64,000 bases of DNA from Alphaproteobacteria bacterium (GCA_017528205.1 JAFXPE010000032.1:6430-70429), one strand, 5' to 3'; shown: positions 36,335 to 46,320, numbered from the stretch's first letter. Program-made: numbers and translations. The notes: a model not told the origin generated them from the letters alone.

Positions 36335-37016
36335 TACGGAAACTACCGGAAAATCAGTTGATTTTGGTGATCGAATTGTCGAAATAGGTGCGTTGGAATT
36401 AATAGACCATGTTCCGACCGGTAAAACTTTTCATGAATACATAAATCCGGAACGCGATGTTCCCGATGAAGTTGTGGCGGTACACGGTTTAACTAATGAA
36501 TTTTTGGCTGATAAACCTAAATTTTATGAAATTGCACAAAGTTGGATAGATTTTGTGGGTGATGACGGTGTGTTTGTGGCGCATAATGCTCCGTTTGATA
36601 TGAGTTTTTTAAATTTTGAGCTTAAAAATTGCGGATTTAATACTTATGACAACGACAGAGTTATAGATACTCTGGTTATAGCACGCAAAAAATTTCCGGG
36701 AAAACATAACAGTTTGGATGCACTTTGTGAAAGATTTAGTGTTGATGCTTCGGCGCGTACTTTTCACGGTGCGTTGCTTGATGCGCAATTATTGGCCGAA
36801 GTGTATTATAAACTGATTTACGGTGACGGAAATCAAGGTTTTTTATTAAATGAAAGCAATTTTAAGATAAATAAAGCTATAAATACTCAAAAAGTGCAAA
36901 TAATAAACCGTAAATTTACTCTTTCTGAGGCAGAATTGGCCGAGCATCGTGATTTTTTGGAAAAAAATATAAAAAATCCGCTATGGCTTAGTGATGAGAT
37001 AAAAGAAAATGCTTGA
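36315..37016 (+). CDS. dnaQ: DNA polymerase III subunit epsilon (3'-5' exonuclease)
   Basis: 233 aa. ExoI FDTETTG, ExoII AHNAPFDMSFL, ExoIII HGALLDAQLLAEVY. Confidence 0.92.
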   Translation: MREICFDTETTGKSVDFGDRIVEIGALELIDHVPTGKTFHEYINPERDVPDEVVAVHGLTNEFLADKPKFYEIAQSWIDFVGDDGVFVAHNAPFDMSFLNFELKNCGFNTYDNDRVIDTLVIARKKFPGKHNSLDALCERFSVDASARTFHGALLDAQLLAEVYYKLIYGDGNQGFLLNESNFKINKAINTQKVQIINRKFTLSEAELAEHRDFLEKNIKNPLWLSDEIKENA

Positions 37017-38298
37017 ATATTTGAAAAACATCAAAGAAATCTATTTTAATAAACGTATGATAGATATGTTATTATTAGGTTTTTCAAGCGGTTTTCCTCT
37101 TCCTTTAGTGTTTGGAACATTAAGTTTTTTATTAAAGGATTACGGTATTGAATATGCCGCTATCGGGGCAATATCTTTGGTTAAAATACCATATTCTTTA
37201 AAATGGTTATGGTCGCCGATTGTAGATAATGTAAAAATACCTTATTTATACAAGATGGGCAGAAGAAGATCTTGGGCTTTGATAACGATGATTTTACTGG
37301 GTATATCAATTTTATTGATGTCAACGGTAAATCCGCAGCAAAATCTGTATTTATTGGCCGTATTTGCTTTAATAACCAGTTTTTTATCGGCAACGCAAGA
37401 TATTATATTAGATGCTTATCGAGTGGAATCTTTTAATGATGAGCCGGAAAAACTTTCTTCCGGTGTGGCTATTTTTGTTTTGGGATATCGTTTCGGACTG
37501 ATATTTTCCGGAGCCGGTGCTATTTATTTGGCAGCAAAAATTTCGTGGTCAAACGTTTATATAATAATGTCTTTGGGTGTTTTAATAGGCTTAATTGCGA
37601 TTATATTTTCAAAAGAAGCAGTTAAATATGAATATAAAATATTGAATTTAGATGTAAAAAATATAAAAGATTTTTTCAATAATTCACTTATCGATCCTTT
37701 CAGATGTTTTATAAAAAACAATAATTGGTTTTGGATTTTAGCCTTTATTTTTACCTACCGATTGAGCGATTCCTACTTTGGACCGATGAGTAATCCTTTT
37801 TATGATGATATGGGTTTCAGTAAAGAAGAAATAGCCTTTGTTACCAAAATTTACAGTATAGTAATGACAATAATCGGCGGATTGCTCGGCGGAATAATTG
37901 TGTTGAAAATAGGTATGCGTAAAAGTTTATTATTATTCGGATTTACGCAGTGTATAACCACAACATTATTTTCTTTGCAAGCTTACTTCGGACATAATAT
38001 GCCTTTATTTATGGTTGTCGTTGCTCTGGAATATTTATCATCAGGATTGGCAACCACAGCGTTTGTGGCTTATATTTCCTCTTTGTGTAATAAACTTTAT
38101 ACGGCAACGCAATATGCTCTGCTTTCTTCGGTAATGAGCCTTTCCAGAGATTTATTTTCCGCCACCAGCGGAGTATTGTATCAACAAGCCGAAAATGCTT
38201 TTCCGGGTTGTGGTTGGATAATATTTTTCATAATCTCCGGTTTAATGAGTTTACCGAGCATATTTATAATTTTATTCTGTTTGAAAAACGAAAAATAA
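37009..38298 (+). CDS. ampG: AmpG-family muropeptide MFS transporter
   Basis: 429 aa and polytopic. LLLGFSSGFPLPL, PYSLKWLWSPIVD and GRRRSW match AmpG signatures. Confidence 0.82.
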   Translation: MLEYLKNIKEIYFNKRMIDMLLLGFSSGFPLPLVFGTLSFLLKDYGIEYAAIGAISLVKIPYSLKWLWSPIVDNVKIPYLYKMGRRRSWALITMILLGISILLMSTVNPQQNLYLLAVFALITSFLSATQDIILDAYRVESFNDEPEKLSSGVAIFVLGYRFGLIFSGAGAIYLAAKISWSNVYIIMSLGVLIGLIAIIFSKEAVKYEYKILNLDVKNIKDFFNNSLIDPFRCFIKNNNWFWILAFIFTYRLSDSYFGPMSNPFYDDMGFSKEEIAFVTKIYSIVMTIIGGLLGGIIVLKIGMRKSLLLFGFTQCITTTLFSLQAYFGHNMPLFMVVVALEYLSSGLATTAFVAYISSLCNKLYTATQYALLSSVMSLSRDLFSATSGVLYQQAENAFPGCGWIIFFIISGLMSLPSIFIILFCLKNEK

Positions 38299-38358
38299 AT
38301 AATTGTCAAATAAAAAAAATTAATATAGAATAGCCGTATTGGGAAAGAGTGCTTTATA

Positions 38359-39459
38359 ATGACTAAATACGGTACAAAGCATAGCAAAACAAAGCAAGTA
38401 GAAAACTCGACCATAGAAATTTTGGAAAAAAGCGAGTCTTGGAAAGCTGTGGCTAAAATAACAGAAGAAGAAGAACCTTCTGAAAAGCCGATTGTTTTTG
38501 TCGGAAAAGTTTTGCAAGGCGGAGATTTCAGCGGAGAAAATTTAAAAAACGCCGATTTTACCGGCAGTAATATGCAGGAAATAAATTTAAGCAAAGCCAA
38601 TTTGGAAAATGCCGATTTTACCGGTGCCGACTTGAGCGGTGCCGATTTAAGCGAAGCAAATTTAGATGGTGCTGTATTTGATGGTGCAAAATTGATTGGA
38701 ACAAACTTTACCGGTGCGCATATGCACGGTGTTTCGTTCAAAGATGCCGATTTACAAGACGCTATATTGCTTGATGCCGATTTAGACAGTCTTTCTATTG
38801 AAGAATTACAGGAACTTATAGAATATTTGGCGCTTTATTATCCGCACAAGCTTAATTTAACCCGCCTTAATTTAACAATGTTGGATTTGCGACGTATTGA
38901 TTTAAGAAAAGTCAATTTACGCGGTGTTGATTTTACCGGTTGCAATTTTTTCGGCGTTAATATTTATGAATTGGATTTAAGCGAATGTATTATTTCTCCG
39001 GCGCAAATAGAGCAAGCAATCGGTCATCAACCAACGCCGGAAGAGCTGAAAAAAATATTGGCGCCTAAAAAGAAAAATAAAGCTAAATCCAAAATGAACG
39101 GCATAGATTTCGGTAGTTTGTTCAACGAGGGCGGCAGTTTTGATTGGGACGCCACCAAGGGCGGAACCGACGTAACTTCTTTGGTTAAATCGGGCAAGGA
39201 ATTGCTTGCTAAATTAAAAAAAGAAGATTCTGACGAAGATATAATCAATAAATTTAACGAACACAAGGCGGAACATAATATTGAGCCTAAAGAAAATAAT
39301 AATGAAGAATTGCGAAAATCTATCGAACAATACAAAAAAGAAGTTTTGGAACAGCGCAAAGAACAGCGAATAAACAAAGAAAAGAATATGGAAGAAATAA
39401 AAGAAAAAATTGCTGAAACCAAAGCGATGATAAATTCACATAAATCAAACGAGAGATAA
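38359..39459 (+). CDS. pentapeptide-repeat protein with a Lys/Glu-rich C-terminal half
   Basis: 366 aa. It has runs of A(D/N)LxG-type pentapeptides (NADFTGSNMQEINLSKANLENADFTGADLSGADLSEANLDGAVFDGAKLIGTNFTGAHMHG) and a second block near aa 170-210. Confidence 0.85.
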   Translation: MTKYGTKHSKTKQVENSTIEILEKSESWKAVAKITEEEEPSEKPIVFVGKVLQGGDFSGENLKNADFTGSNMQEINLSKANLENADFTGADLSGADLSEANLDGAVFDGAKLIGTNFTGAHMHGVSFKDADLQDAILLDADLDSLSIEELQELIEYLALYYPHKLNLTRLNLTMLDLRRIDLRKVNLRGVDFTGCNFFGVNIYELDLSECIISPAQIEQAIGHQPTPEELKKILAPKKKNKAKSKMNGIDFGSLFNEGGSFDWDATKGGTDVTSLVKSGKELLAKLKKEDSDEDIINKFNEHKAEHNIEPKENNNEELRKSIEQYKKEVLEQRKEQRINKEKNMEEIKEKIAETKAMINSHKSNER

Positions 39460-39460
39460 A

Positions 39461-40786
39461 ATGGAAGATACGCTTTTTTCCGGCGATGTAAAGCGCCCTT
39501 TAGCCGACAGATTACGCCCTAAAAAATTAGAAGAAGTTGTTGGACAAACCCACCTTACAGGCGATGATGCGCCAATCGGCAGAATGCTTAAATCGGGCAA
39601 AATAACCTCGTTTATTTTGTGGGGACCGCCAGGATGCGGCAAAACTACCATTGCTCGCTTGATTGCCGAATATACCAACCTGTATTTTGAACAAATATCA
39701 GCGGTATTTTCCGGAGTTGCCGACTTAAAAAAAGTTTTTCAATATGCCAAAGAACGTCGCCGCGGACAAGGTAAAGGTACTCTGTTGTTTGTAGATGAAA
39801 TTCACAGATTCAATAAATCGCAACAAGACGGATTTTTGCCTTATGTGGAAGACGGAACAGTGATTCTGGTGGGTGCCACCACCGAAAATCCTTCTTTTGA
39901 ACTTAATTCGGCTTTGCTTTCGCGTTGTCAGGTTTTTGTGTTGAATCGCTTAACTCCGGATAATTTTGAAGAACTTTTGCAACGCGCCGAAAAAGAAGAA
40001 GGCGAAAAACTCCCGATAGATGAAGAAGCGCGGGAATTTATCAAAAATATTGCCGATGGCGATGGTCGCTACATATTGAATATTGCCGAAAATATCTGGT
40101 CTTATGCCCAAAAGGGCGAAATTTTTACCAAAGAGCAAATTATAAACATAATTCGTTCACGGGCGCCGATTTATGATAAAGGCAACGACGGTCACTACAA
40201 CCTGATATCCGCCGTACACAAGTCTTTGCGCGGCTCGGATGTTGACGCGGCAATGTATTGGGTGGGGCGGATGCTTGTGGCCGGTGAAGATCCGCGCTAT
40301 ATTTTGCGGCGTTTATTGCGTTTTTCAATAGAAGATGTTTCTTTGGCTGATCCGAATGCCGTGGCTCAGGCAATAGCTTGCTGTGAAACTTATGAGCGCT
40401 TGGGTTCTCCGGAAGGAGATTTGGCTATTTTGCAACTGACGGCATACTTAGCTACGGCACCGAAATCGGCTGAAGTTTATAAAGCAATGTATAAAGTTTT
40501 TGATGCGGCAAAGCAAACCGGTTCTTTAATGCCGCCAAAGCATATATTGAATGCACCTACAAAACTGATGAAAGAGTTGGGATATCACGACGGATATATC
40601 TATGATCAGGATTTAGACGACGGTTTTTCGGGGCAAAATTATTTTCCGGAAGGTATGTCGCGGCGCAAGTTTTATTATCCGGTAGACCGCGGTTTTGAGC
40701 GCGAAATCAAAAAGCGCATAGAATATTTTGACAAACTGCGTGCCGAAAAGCAAAAACAAATGAAAAAAGAAAAAACGGATGCTTGA
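39461..40786 (+). CDS. rarA: replication-associated recombination protein A (AAA+ ATPase, MgsA/RarA)
   Basis: 441 aa. Walker A GPPGCGKTT, Walker B LFVDEIHRFNK, GATTENP, and the MgsA C-terminal domain (HYNLISA..KS.RGSD.DAA.YW). Confidence 0.93.
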   Translation: MEDTLFSGDVKRPLADRLRPKKLEEVVGQTHLTGDDAPIGRMLKSGKITSFILWGPPGCGKTTIARLIAEYTNLYFEQISAVFSGVADLKKVFQYAKERRRGQGKGTLLFVDEIHRFNKSQQDGFLPYVEDGTVILVGATTENPSFELNSALLSRCQVFVLNRLTPDNFEELLQRAEKEEGEKLPIDEEAREFIKNIADGDGRYILNIAENIWSYAQKGEIFTKEQIINIIRSRAPIYDKGNDGHYNLISAVHKSLRGSDVDAAMYWVGRMLVAGEDPRYILRRLLRFSIEDVSLADPNAVAQAIACCETYERLGSPEGDLAILQLTAYLATAPKSAEVYKAMYKVFDAAKQTGSLMPPKHILNAPTKLMKELGYHDGYIYDQDLDDGFSGQNYFPEGMSRRKFYYPVDRGFEREIKKRIEYFDKLRAEKQKQMKKEKTDA

Positions 40787-40788
40787 AA

Positions 40789-41160
40789 ATGACCGCTGAT
40801 AAAATATTTGCCATAATTTTGGAATATAGTGATTTTGTTAAAATACCGGAAGAAAAACGCCGAAAAATGCTTGCGGAAGAGCGTGTGGAATGGCGTGTGT
40901 ATATTCCGCGTGAAAAAGAGAATTTGCTAAGCGCAGAAGAAAGAGAACAACTGGAAGGTTTCAAAATAACTCATGTCGAGCCGCTTAAAATCAGAACTTT
41001 TTCGCCCCAAGAAATGTTCCCTGTTCCAAAGGAAATGCCGGTATTGATTGATACCGAAAAACAATCCAAGTACGAAAAAAGAGCCGAGCGCCAACGCTTA
41101 AAGCGTATGGTACCGCTGAAAATGGGTGTGGTTAACAGCAAAAGAAAAGGAGGTCGCTGA
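40789..41160 (+). CDS. hypothetical basic protein
   Basis: The track ORF starts at TTG 40783. The first ATG is at 40789, 2 nt after the rarA stop. 123 aa, Glu/Lys/Arg-rich, no motif recognised. Confidence 0.5.
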   Translation: MTADKIFAIILEYSDFVKIPEEKRRKMLAEERVEWRVYIPREKENLLSAEEREQLEGFKITHVEPLKIRTFSPQEMFPVPKEMPVLIDTEKQSKYEKRAERQRLKRMVPLKMGVVNSKRKGGR

Positions 41161-41161
41161 A

Positions 41162-42091
41162 ATGGCCGGAGTAAGTGTGGTAAAAATAAAACCGGAAGAT
41201 GACGGAATCCGCTTAAACAGGTGGTTTTTGCGCGAATATCCGTCACTCAGTTTGAGCCGATTACAAAAATTGTTGCGCACCAAACAAATAAAGGTAGACG
41301 GCAAAAAGGCCGAAACTTCAACTCGTCTTTGTGCCGGTCAGGAATTACGTTTGCCGCCGCTTGACAACGAAAAAGCCGTAATTGTTGAAAAAGAATTGAG
41401 CACCAAAGACGTTGAATTTATAAACTCTATGATTATTTTTAAGGATAAAAACATAATCGTACTTAACAAGCCGTCGGGTTTGGCTGTTCAAGGCGGCACC
41501 AAAACCGAACGACACATTGACGGAATGTTGGATGCCTTAAAGTTTGAAAATTCCGAACGTCCGAAGTTGGTTCACCGCATAGATAAAGACACCAGCGGAA
41601 TTTTGCTGCTGGCTCGCAATAGGCAATATGCCGATATTTTAACTAAGGCGTTTCGCGAACACGCTTTGCAAAAAACATATTTGGCACTTGTTCGCGGCTG
41701 TCCGGAACCCAAAGAGGGAACAATAAAATTTCCTTTAGAAAAAGTCGGTGAACGTATGGAAGTTGTTGATGATGGGCAAAAAGCATTGACGGAAATCAAA
41801 GTATTGGATAATGTCGGTAAAAAGTATGCTTTGGTTGAGGCCAAACCTTTAACCGGACGCACACATCAAATCAGGGTGCATTTAGAGAGCATCGGTACGC
41901 CGATTTTGGGCGATAATAAGTATTTCGGAGCCGAAAGACTGCGTTTGAAAGAGGTTGCGGATAAACTTTATTTGCACGCTTATAAAATAGATTTAAGCGC
42001 CGTTTACGGCAAAAAAACGATAATAAAAGCAGAATTGCCGAAACATTTTGCGGAGGCCTGTAAATTTTTCGGATTGGAGGTAAACAAATGA
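41162..42091 (+). CDS. rluC: RluA-family 23S rRNA pseudouridine synthase (RluC/RluD-like) with an S4 domain
   Basis: GGAGG lies 7 nt before ATG 41162. S4-like N-terminus (IRLNRWF....SLSRLQKLLR...IKVDG), catalytic HRIDKDTSG, and LTGRTHQIRVH. Confidence 0.88.
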   Translation: MAGVSVVKIKPEDDGIRLNRWFLREYPSLSLSRLQKLLRTKQIKVDGKKAETSTRLCAGQELRLPPLDNEKAVIVEKELSTKDVEFINSMIIFKDKNIIVLNKPSGLAVQGGTKTERHIDGMLDALKFENSERPKLVHRIDKDTSGILLLARNRQYADILTKAFREHALQKTYLALVRGCPEPKEGTIKFPLEKVGERMEVVDDGQKALTEIKVLDNVGKKYALVEAKPLTGRTHQIRVHLESIGTPILGDNKYFGAERLRLKEVADKLYLHAYKIDLSAVYGKKTIIKAELPKHFAEACKFFGLEVNK

Positions 42092-44274
42092 AAAAACTGT
42101 TTGTGATATTGCTGATAATAATATTGATTCCGGTGTTTATAATCGGCGGAGCCATTGGATTTTTGAAGTTTGCCGACTTGAATAAATACAAGCCGCAAAT
42201 AGAAGAAATGGCGCAAAAATATGCCGGTTTGGACGTTAAAATAAACGGTGATTTGGATATCGGTGTATCGTTAAAGCCGAGCATAGAATTGAGCGATGTT
42301 ACCATAAATCAGGAAGATAAAAAACTGGCTCGCATCGGCAACGCCTTGGTGCAAATTTCGATTATGCCGCTGTTGCATAAAGAAATAGTTGTTGACCGCG
42401 TAGAAACCGATAATACGGAGATTTTTTACGGCGAAAAAGACAGCGTTTTAATCAACGAATTAAACGCCGGAATGGAAAGTGCCGACGCGCCGATTAATTT
42501 TGATTTTGATACTACGGTTGCCAACATTGATATTGTCGGCAAAGGCACGGTTTCTTCCCTCAATCAGATAAAGGCTTCGGGATATAATCAGATTGACCTG
42601 GATACCGTAATCAAAGCCATGGGATATGAGCTGAATTATAAAGGAAATATCGACGGCTTAAAAGAAAAAATCAAAGCTGTCGGAGATTATGTCGTGGCTT
42701 ATAAAAGCAATCAAATTAAAGGCAATATCAAAGCCGATATGGAAAACGAGGTTCCTTATGTGCAATTAAGCGCCGGCAGCGACGCCATCAACGTTGCCGA
42801 CTTTACCTCTAAGCAACAGGCTGGTTTAAGCGGTAATTGGTTTATTAAATCGGCCGCGGCGGCGGATTATATACCAAATACGCAAATACCTTATGATTAT
42901 TTGAAAATGGTAAATGCTGATGTTACGATTGATGTCAAAAAAATTGTGGTTGATAAAGATATTGTTTTAACCAACGTTAAGGGTGATGCTTCAGTTAAAA
43001 ACGGTGTATTTAAAGCCAATATTCAAAATGTTGGGTTTAATGGAAACACTATTTCCGGAAGTGCGGAAGTAACTTCGCCGAAAGCTTTGCCTTATGTGAA
43101 AGTAAATATTAAGGGTGAAGGTTTTAATCTGCAAGATTTTCAAAAAAAAAATGAAATAAAGAAAACCAGTACCAAGAAAAAAGCCGATTTGATGGACTTG
43201 TTTATAAGCTCGGCGAATGCCTCCGAGTTGGTTGCCAACACGCCGATACCTTATCAATATTTGAAAATGGTTAATGCCGACGTAAACCTGAATTTACGCA
43301 ATCTGACCATCAATAAAGATGTTGCCTTGTCAGATGTAAAAGCAACGGCCGCGCTCAAAAACAGCGTATTGAACGTCAATATTCAAAACATTACGGCCGG
43401 AACCGGAGCCATCAGCGGTACGGTTACCTTAAACGCCGCTAAAAAGAATATGGCAACGAATATTTCAGGAAAAAATATTATTTTGCAACAGTTGTATAAA
43501 CCGCTTAACAATTCCGGCAATGAAGTTTATTTTAAGGAAGGCGGAAAAACCAATTTGTTGCTGAAAATCAACACTTCCGGCGACAATACCGACCAATATT
43601 TGGCAAATATGAGCGGTCAAATCATCGGTTTGGTAGATAAATCGGTTTTAAACGTAAAGAGTTTGGAAAAGTTGCAAGGCAATATTCTGGTGCAGTTGCT
43701 GAATATGATAAAAATCAACGTCAACAACAAAAACTTAAATATGAAATGTGCGGTGGTGCGTGGCGATATTACTGGCGGAACGGTGAAATTTCCTAAAGGT
43801 ATAGCCTTTGATGCCAGCGATTTTTATTTGGTTGCCGACGGAAAAGTAAATTTGCAAAATGACAAGTTAAACTTGGATTTGCAACCGTTTTCCGGTAAAA
43901 TTACCGATGTGAATATATCTTCCGTTTTGGGCGGATTGGTAAAAATCAGCGGCACAATTAAAAATCCGAAACTCGGCATAAATGAAACCGCGACGGCTAA
44001 AAACGTTGTGGGTATTTTAGCTTCAGCCGGTGCTTATAACGTTGGCGATATGATGCTTTCGGCCGACAGTGCACCTTGCCACACCGCGTTAAGCGGCACG
44101 ACTTATGCCGATTATTTTCCGGCGGATAAGTCGGCAAAAGGCGCGGTTTCCAAAGGATATACCAACACCAAAGATGCCATTAAGGGACTTGGTAAAGATA
44201 TAAAGGAGCAAGCCAAAGGCGTTAAAAATCAAGTAAAGGAAATAGGAACACAGTTAAAAGGTTTATTTAAATAA
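42088..44274 (+). CDS. asmA: AsmA-family outer-membrane biogenesis protein
   Basis: 728 aa. N-terminal anchor KKLFVILLIIILIPVFIIGGAIGFL followed by a long beta-rich periplasmic region. An internal ~120-aa duplication repeats IPY.YLKMVNADV near aa 270 and aa 390. Confidence 0.75.
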   Translation: MKKLFVILLIIILIPVFIIGGAIGFLKFADLNKYKPQIEEMAQKYAGLDVKINGDLDIGVSLKPSIELSDVTINQEDKKLARIGNALVQISIMPLLHKEIVVDRVETDNTEIFYGEKDSVLINELNAGMESADAPINFDFDTTVANIDIVGKGTVSSLNQIKASGYNQIDLDTVIKAMGYELNYKGNIDGLKEKIKAVGDYVVAYKSNQIKGNIKADMENEVPYVQLSAGSDAINVADFTSKQQAGLSGNWFIKSAAAADYIPNTQIPYDYLKMVNADVTIDVKKIVVDKDIVLTNVKGDASVKNGVFKANIQNVGFNGNTISGSAEVTSPKALPYVKVNIKGEGFNLQDFQKKNEIKKTSTKKKADLMDLFISSANASELVANTPIPYQYLKMVNADVNLNLRNLTINKDVALSDVKATAALKNSVLNVNIQNITAGTGAISGTVTLNAAKKNMATNISGKNIILQQLYKPLNNSGNEVYFKEGGKTNLLLKINTSGDNTDQYLANMSGQIIGLVDKSVLNVKSLEKLQGNILVQLLNMIKINVNNKNLNMKCAVVRGDITGGTVKFPKGIAFDASDFYLVADGKVNLQNDKLNLDLQPFSGKITDVNISSVLGGLVKISGTIKNPKLGINETATAKNVVGILASAGAYNVGDMMLSADSAPCHTALSGTTYADYFPADKSAKGAVSKGYTNTKDAIKGLGKDIKEQAKGVKNQVKEIGTQLKGLFK

Positions 44275-44275
44275 A

Positions 44276-44764
44276 ATGAACTTCTCGGAAGCTGAAAAAT
44301 ACATAGCAACACATCGCCGCGAAACGATACAGAATTTTTGTCGGTTTTTGGATACGGATGTGTTGCTTTTTTGGAGCGACAAGCCGGATTTGTTCGCATA
44401 TCAAAATCAGCATTGGCAGCCGCTTTTGAATAAATTGAACAGCGTATTTAAACTCGATTTGCAAAAAACAACAACCTTGTTGCCCCCAAAAAATAAAACA
44501 GCGGAAATTATCTTTGAAAAAATATTGACCGAGATGCCTGATAAAGAGCTTACGGGGTGTTTTTTAGCCGCCTCAGAGCTTAAATCGGTGTTGTTGGGAT
44601 TGTTGCTGGCAAAAAAAGAAATCAGTGCCGCAGAGGCGTTTGAGGCGTCTTTTTTGGAAGAACTTTATCAAAATAAGTTTTGGGGTGAAGATGTTGCCGC
44701 CGCAAATGCACGCAATACCACCCGCAAATCGTTGTCGGAAGTGGAAGGATATTTAAATTCTTGA
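44276..44764 (+). CDS. short ATP12-like (F1-ATPase assembly chaperone family) protein
   Basis: 162 aa. The C-terminal SFLEELYQNKFWGEDVAAANAR resembles the conserved E..Q...WG.DEEA motif of ATP12. The usual ~70-90 N-terminal residues of alphaproteobacterial homologs appear to be missing. Confidence 0.5.
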   Translation: MNFSEAEKYIATHRRETIQNFCRFLDTDVLLFWSDKPDLFAYQNQHWQPLLNKLNSVFKLDLQKTTTLLPPKNKTAEIIFEKILTEMPDKELTGCFLAASELKSVLLGLLLAKKEISAAEAFEASFLEELYQNKFWGEDVAAANARNTTRKSLSEVEGYLNS

Positions 44765-45045
44765 TGGAAGCGTGTATTAAAATCAGCGGACGCGTGCAGG
44801 GCGTCGGGTTTAGATTTTGGGCGGTGCGTATGGCCAAAAGCATCGGCAATATTTCCGGTTATGTTTGCAACTTGCCGCAAGGTGAGGTGTTGGTTTTTAT
44901 GCGCGGCGAAAAAGAAGCTTTGGACCAAATGTTGCTCAATTTATATCGCGGTCCGCTCTTTTCGCGAGTTGATAAAATCGACTTTGTGCCGGAATTAAAA
45001 TCATATTTTCCACCGATAGAAAACGGTGTATTTAAACGCTTGTGA
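44764..45045 (+). CDS. acyP: acylphosphatase
   Basis: ISGRVQGVGFRFWA......GISGYV.N...GEV signature. ATG 44764 overlaps the upstream stop (TGATG). Confidence 0.88.
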   Translation: MEACIKISGRVQGVGFRFWAVRMAKSIGNISGYVCNLPQGEVLVFMRGEKEALDQMLLNLYRGPLFSRVDKIDFVPELKSYFPPIENGVFKRL

Positions 45046-45187
45046 AAAATATTTTTCTCTTTTTGCCTTTTTCAAATCATTTTTTTAAATCGACTTTGGT
45101 TATCGAAATAAAAAAAACGCTGTATTTAAACCAAAGTAGAGTTTAAATGCGACAATAAAGTGTTATTTTTTTGGCGAGGAGAATAAA

Positions 45188-45466
45188 ATGATTGTTGAAA
45201 AAAGTTTAGATAATTTAAAAAAATGCCTTTGTATGAAATGCCCGTCATACAGCAACCATTGCAAACTTAAAAACGCTCCGGATAACTTTATAAAGCTGAT
45301 GCGTAATTTTAACGACACGGAACATTATGAAAAAATGTTCTGCGCCTATGAAAAAAGCGATTGTATTTTTGAGGCCAACGGTTGTTTATGCGCTTCTTGC
45401 GAAGTGTTCAAAACCTATAATCTCAAACATCAGAATTATTGTTTGCATACCGGAGGAATAGCCTAA
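45188..45466 (+). CDS. small cysteine-rich protein (DUF2769-like)
   Basis: 92 aa with 10 Cys. CLCMKCPSY...C near the N-terminus and CLCASCEV later match my recollection of DUF2769. GAGGAG lies 7 nt upstream of the ATG. Confidence 0.6.
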   Translation: MIVEKSLDNLKKCLCMKCPSYSNHCKLKNAPDNFIKLMRNFNDTEHYEKMFCAYEKSDCIFEANGCLCASCEVFKTYNLKHQNYCLHTGGIA

Positions 45467-45505
45467 AAAAAATCCCGATAAGCAATGCACTTATCGGGAT
45501 TAAAT
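45465..45505. terminator. hairpin terminator between convergent DUF2769-like gene and pssA
   Basis: AATCCCGATAAG (45471-45482) / CTTATCGGGATT (45490-45501). The A-run on the left gives a U-tract for the minus-strand pssA transcript. Confidence 0.65.
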
Positions 45506-46320
45506 TATTCGGCTTTTTCTGCCTGTTTTTTATCTTTCATAAATTGCCATATCGTAATCGGAATGGTTAGAATATAACACAAGGTGAATATCCCCAAAGT
45601 CAGCCATGGTTTAGTGATAAGACAGCTGACAAACAAAGCAAGCAAAATCATCAGCGGCACAAACCAATCACTGCTGACCTTTGTTTTTTTCAAAGAAAGC
45701 GTCGGGATTCTGCTTACCATCAAAAAGGCAACCAAAATCATCATAAAGCTACAAAAATACGGATTGCGCAAAATAAATTCCAACTCTTTGAAATCAAACC
45801 AAATCAACAACGGCATAACCCCCATTGCCGCCGCCATCGGAGCCGGAACGCCGACAAAATAATGCGACCAATATTCCGGAACCGCGGAATCTTCAAGCAT
45901 GGTGTTAAATCTAGCCAAACGCATAGACATAGCCGCGGCAAACATTAGTGTAAAAATCCAACCCCAATGCGGAATGGCGCTTAATGACCATTGATACATC
46001 AAAATTGCCGGTGCCACACCGAAACTGACAAAGTCGGAAAGGGAATCCAACTCTGCTCCAAATTTTGACGATGCTTTCAATTTGCGTGCCACTCGCCCGT
46101 CCAAACCGTCAAATATGCAGGCAAAGAAAATGCACAAAATGGCGGAAGTCCACTTGCCCATAATGGCAAAACGAATAGTGGTAATTCCGGCGCACAGAGC
46201 CATTAAAGTTACAATGTTGGGAGCCATTTTGCGAAAAGGAACTTCTTTGAGTTTCTTTATGGCTTTCTTTTTAATTTCCGCACCATTAGGTGCTTTAATA
46301 TCTTTTACTTTTTTTATCAT
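45505..46320 (-). CDS. pssA: CDP-diacylglycerol--serine O-phosphatidyltransferase
   Basis: 271 aa. The CDP-alcohol phosphatidyltransferase motif DGLDGRVARKLKASSKFGAELDSLSD, and multiple TM segments. Confidence 0.9.
   Translation of the reverse strand: MIKKVKDIKAPNGAEIKKKAIKKLKEVPFRKMAPNIVTLMALCAGITTIRFAIMGKWTSAILCIFFACIFDGLDGRVARKLKASSKFGAELDSLSDFVSFGVAPAILMYQWSLSAIPHWGWIFTLMFAAAMSMRLARFNTMLEDSAVPEYWSHYFVGVPAPMAAAMGVMPLLIWFDFKELEFILRNPYFCSFMMILVAFLMVSRIPTLSLKKTKVSSDWFVPLMILLALFVSCLITKPWLTLGIFTLCYILTIPITIWQFMKDKKQAEKAE

Noticed and set aside
38181-38741. 186-aa minus-strand ORF with repetitive SAPLKSAPVKSA-type sequence.
   Set aside because: It is the mirror image of the pentapeptide-repeat gene on the plus strand. 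The periodicity is inherited from that gene.
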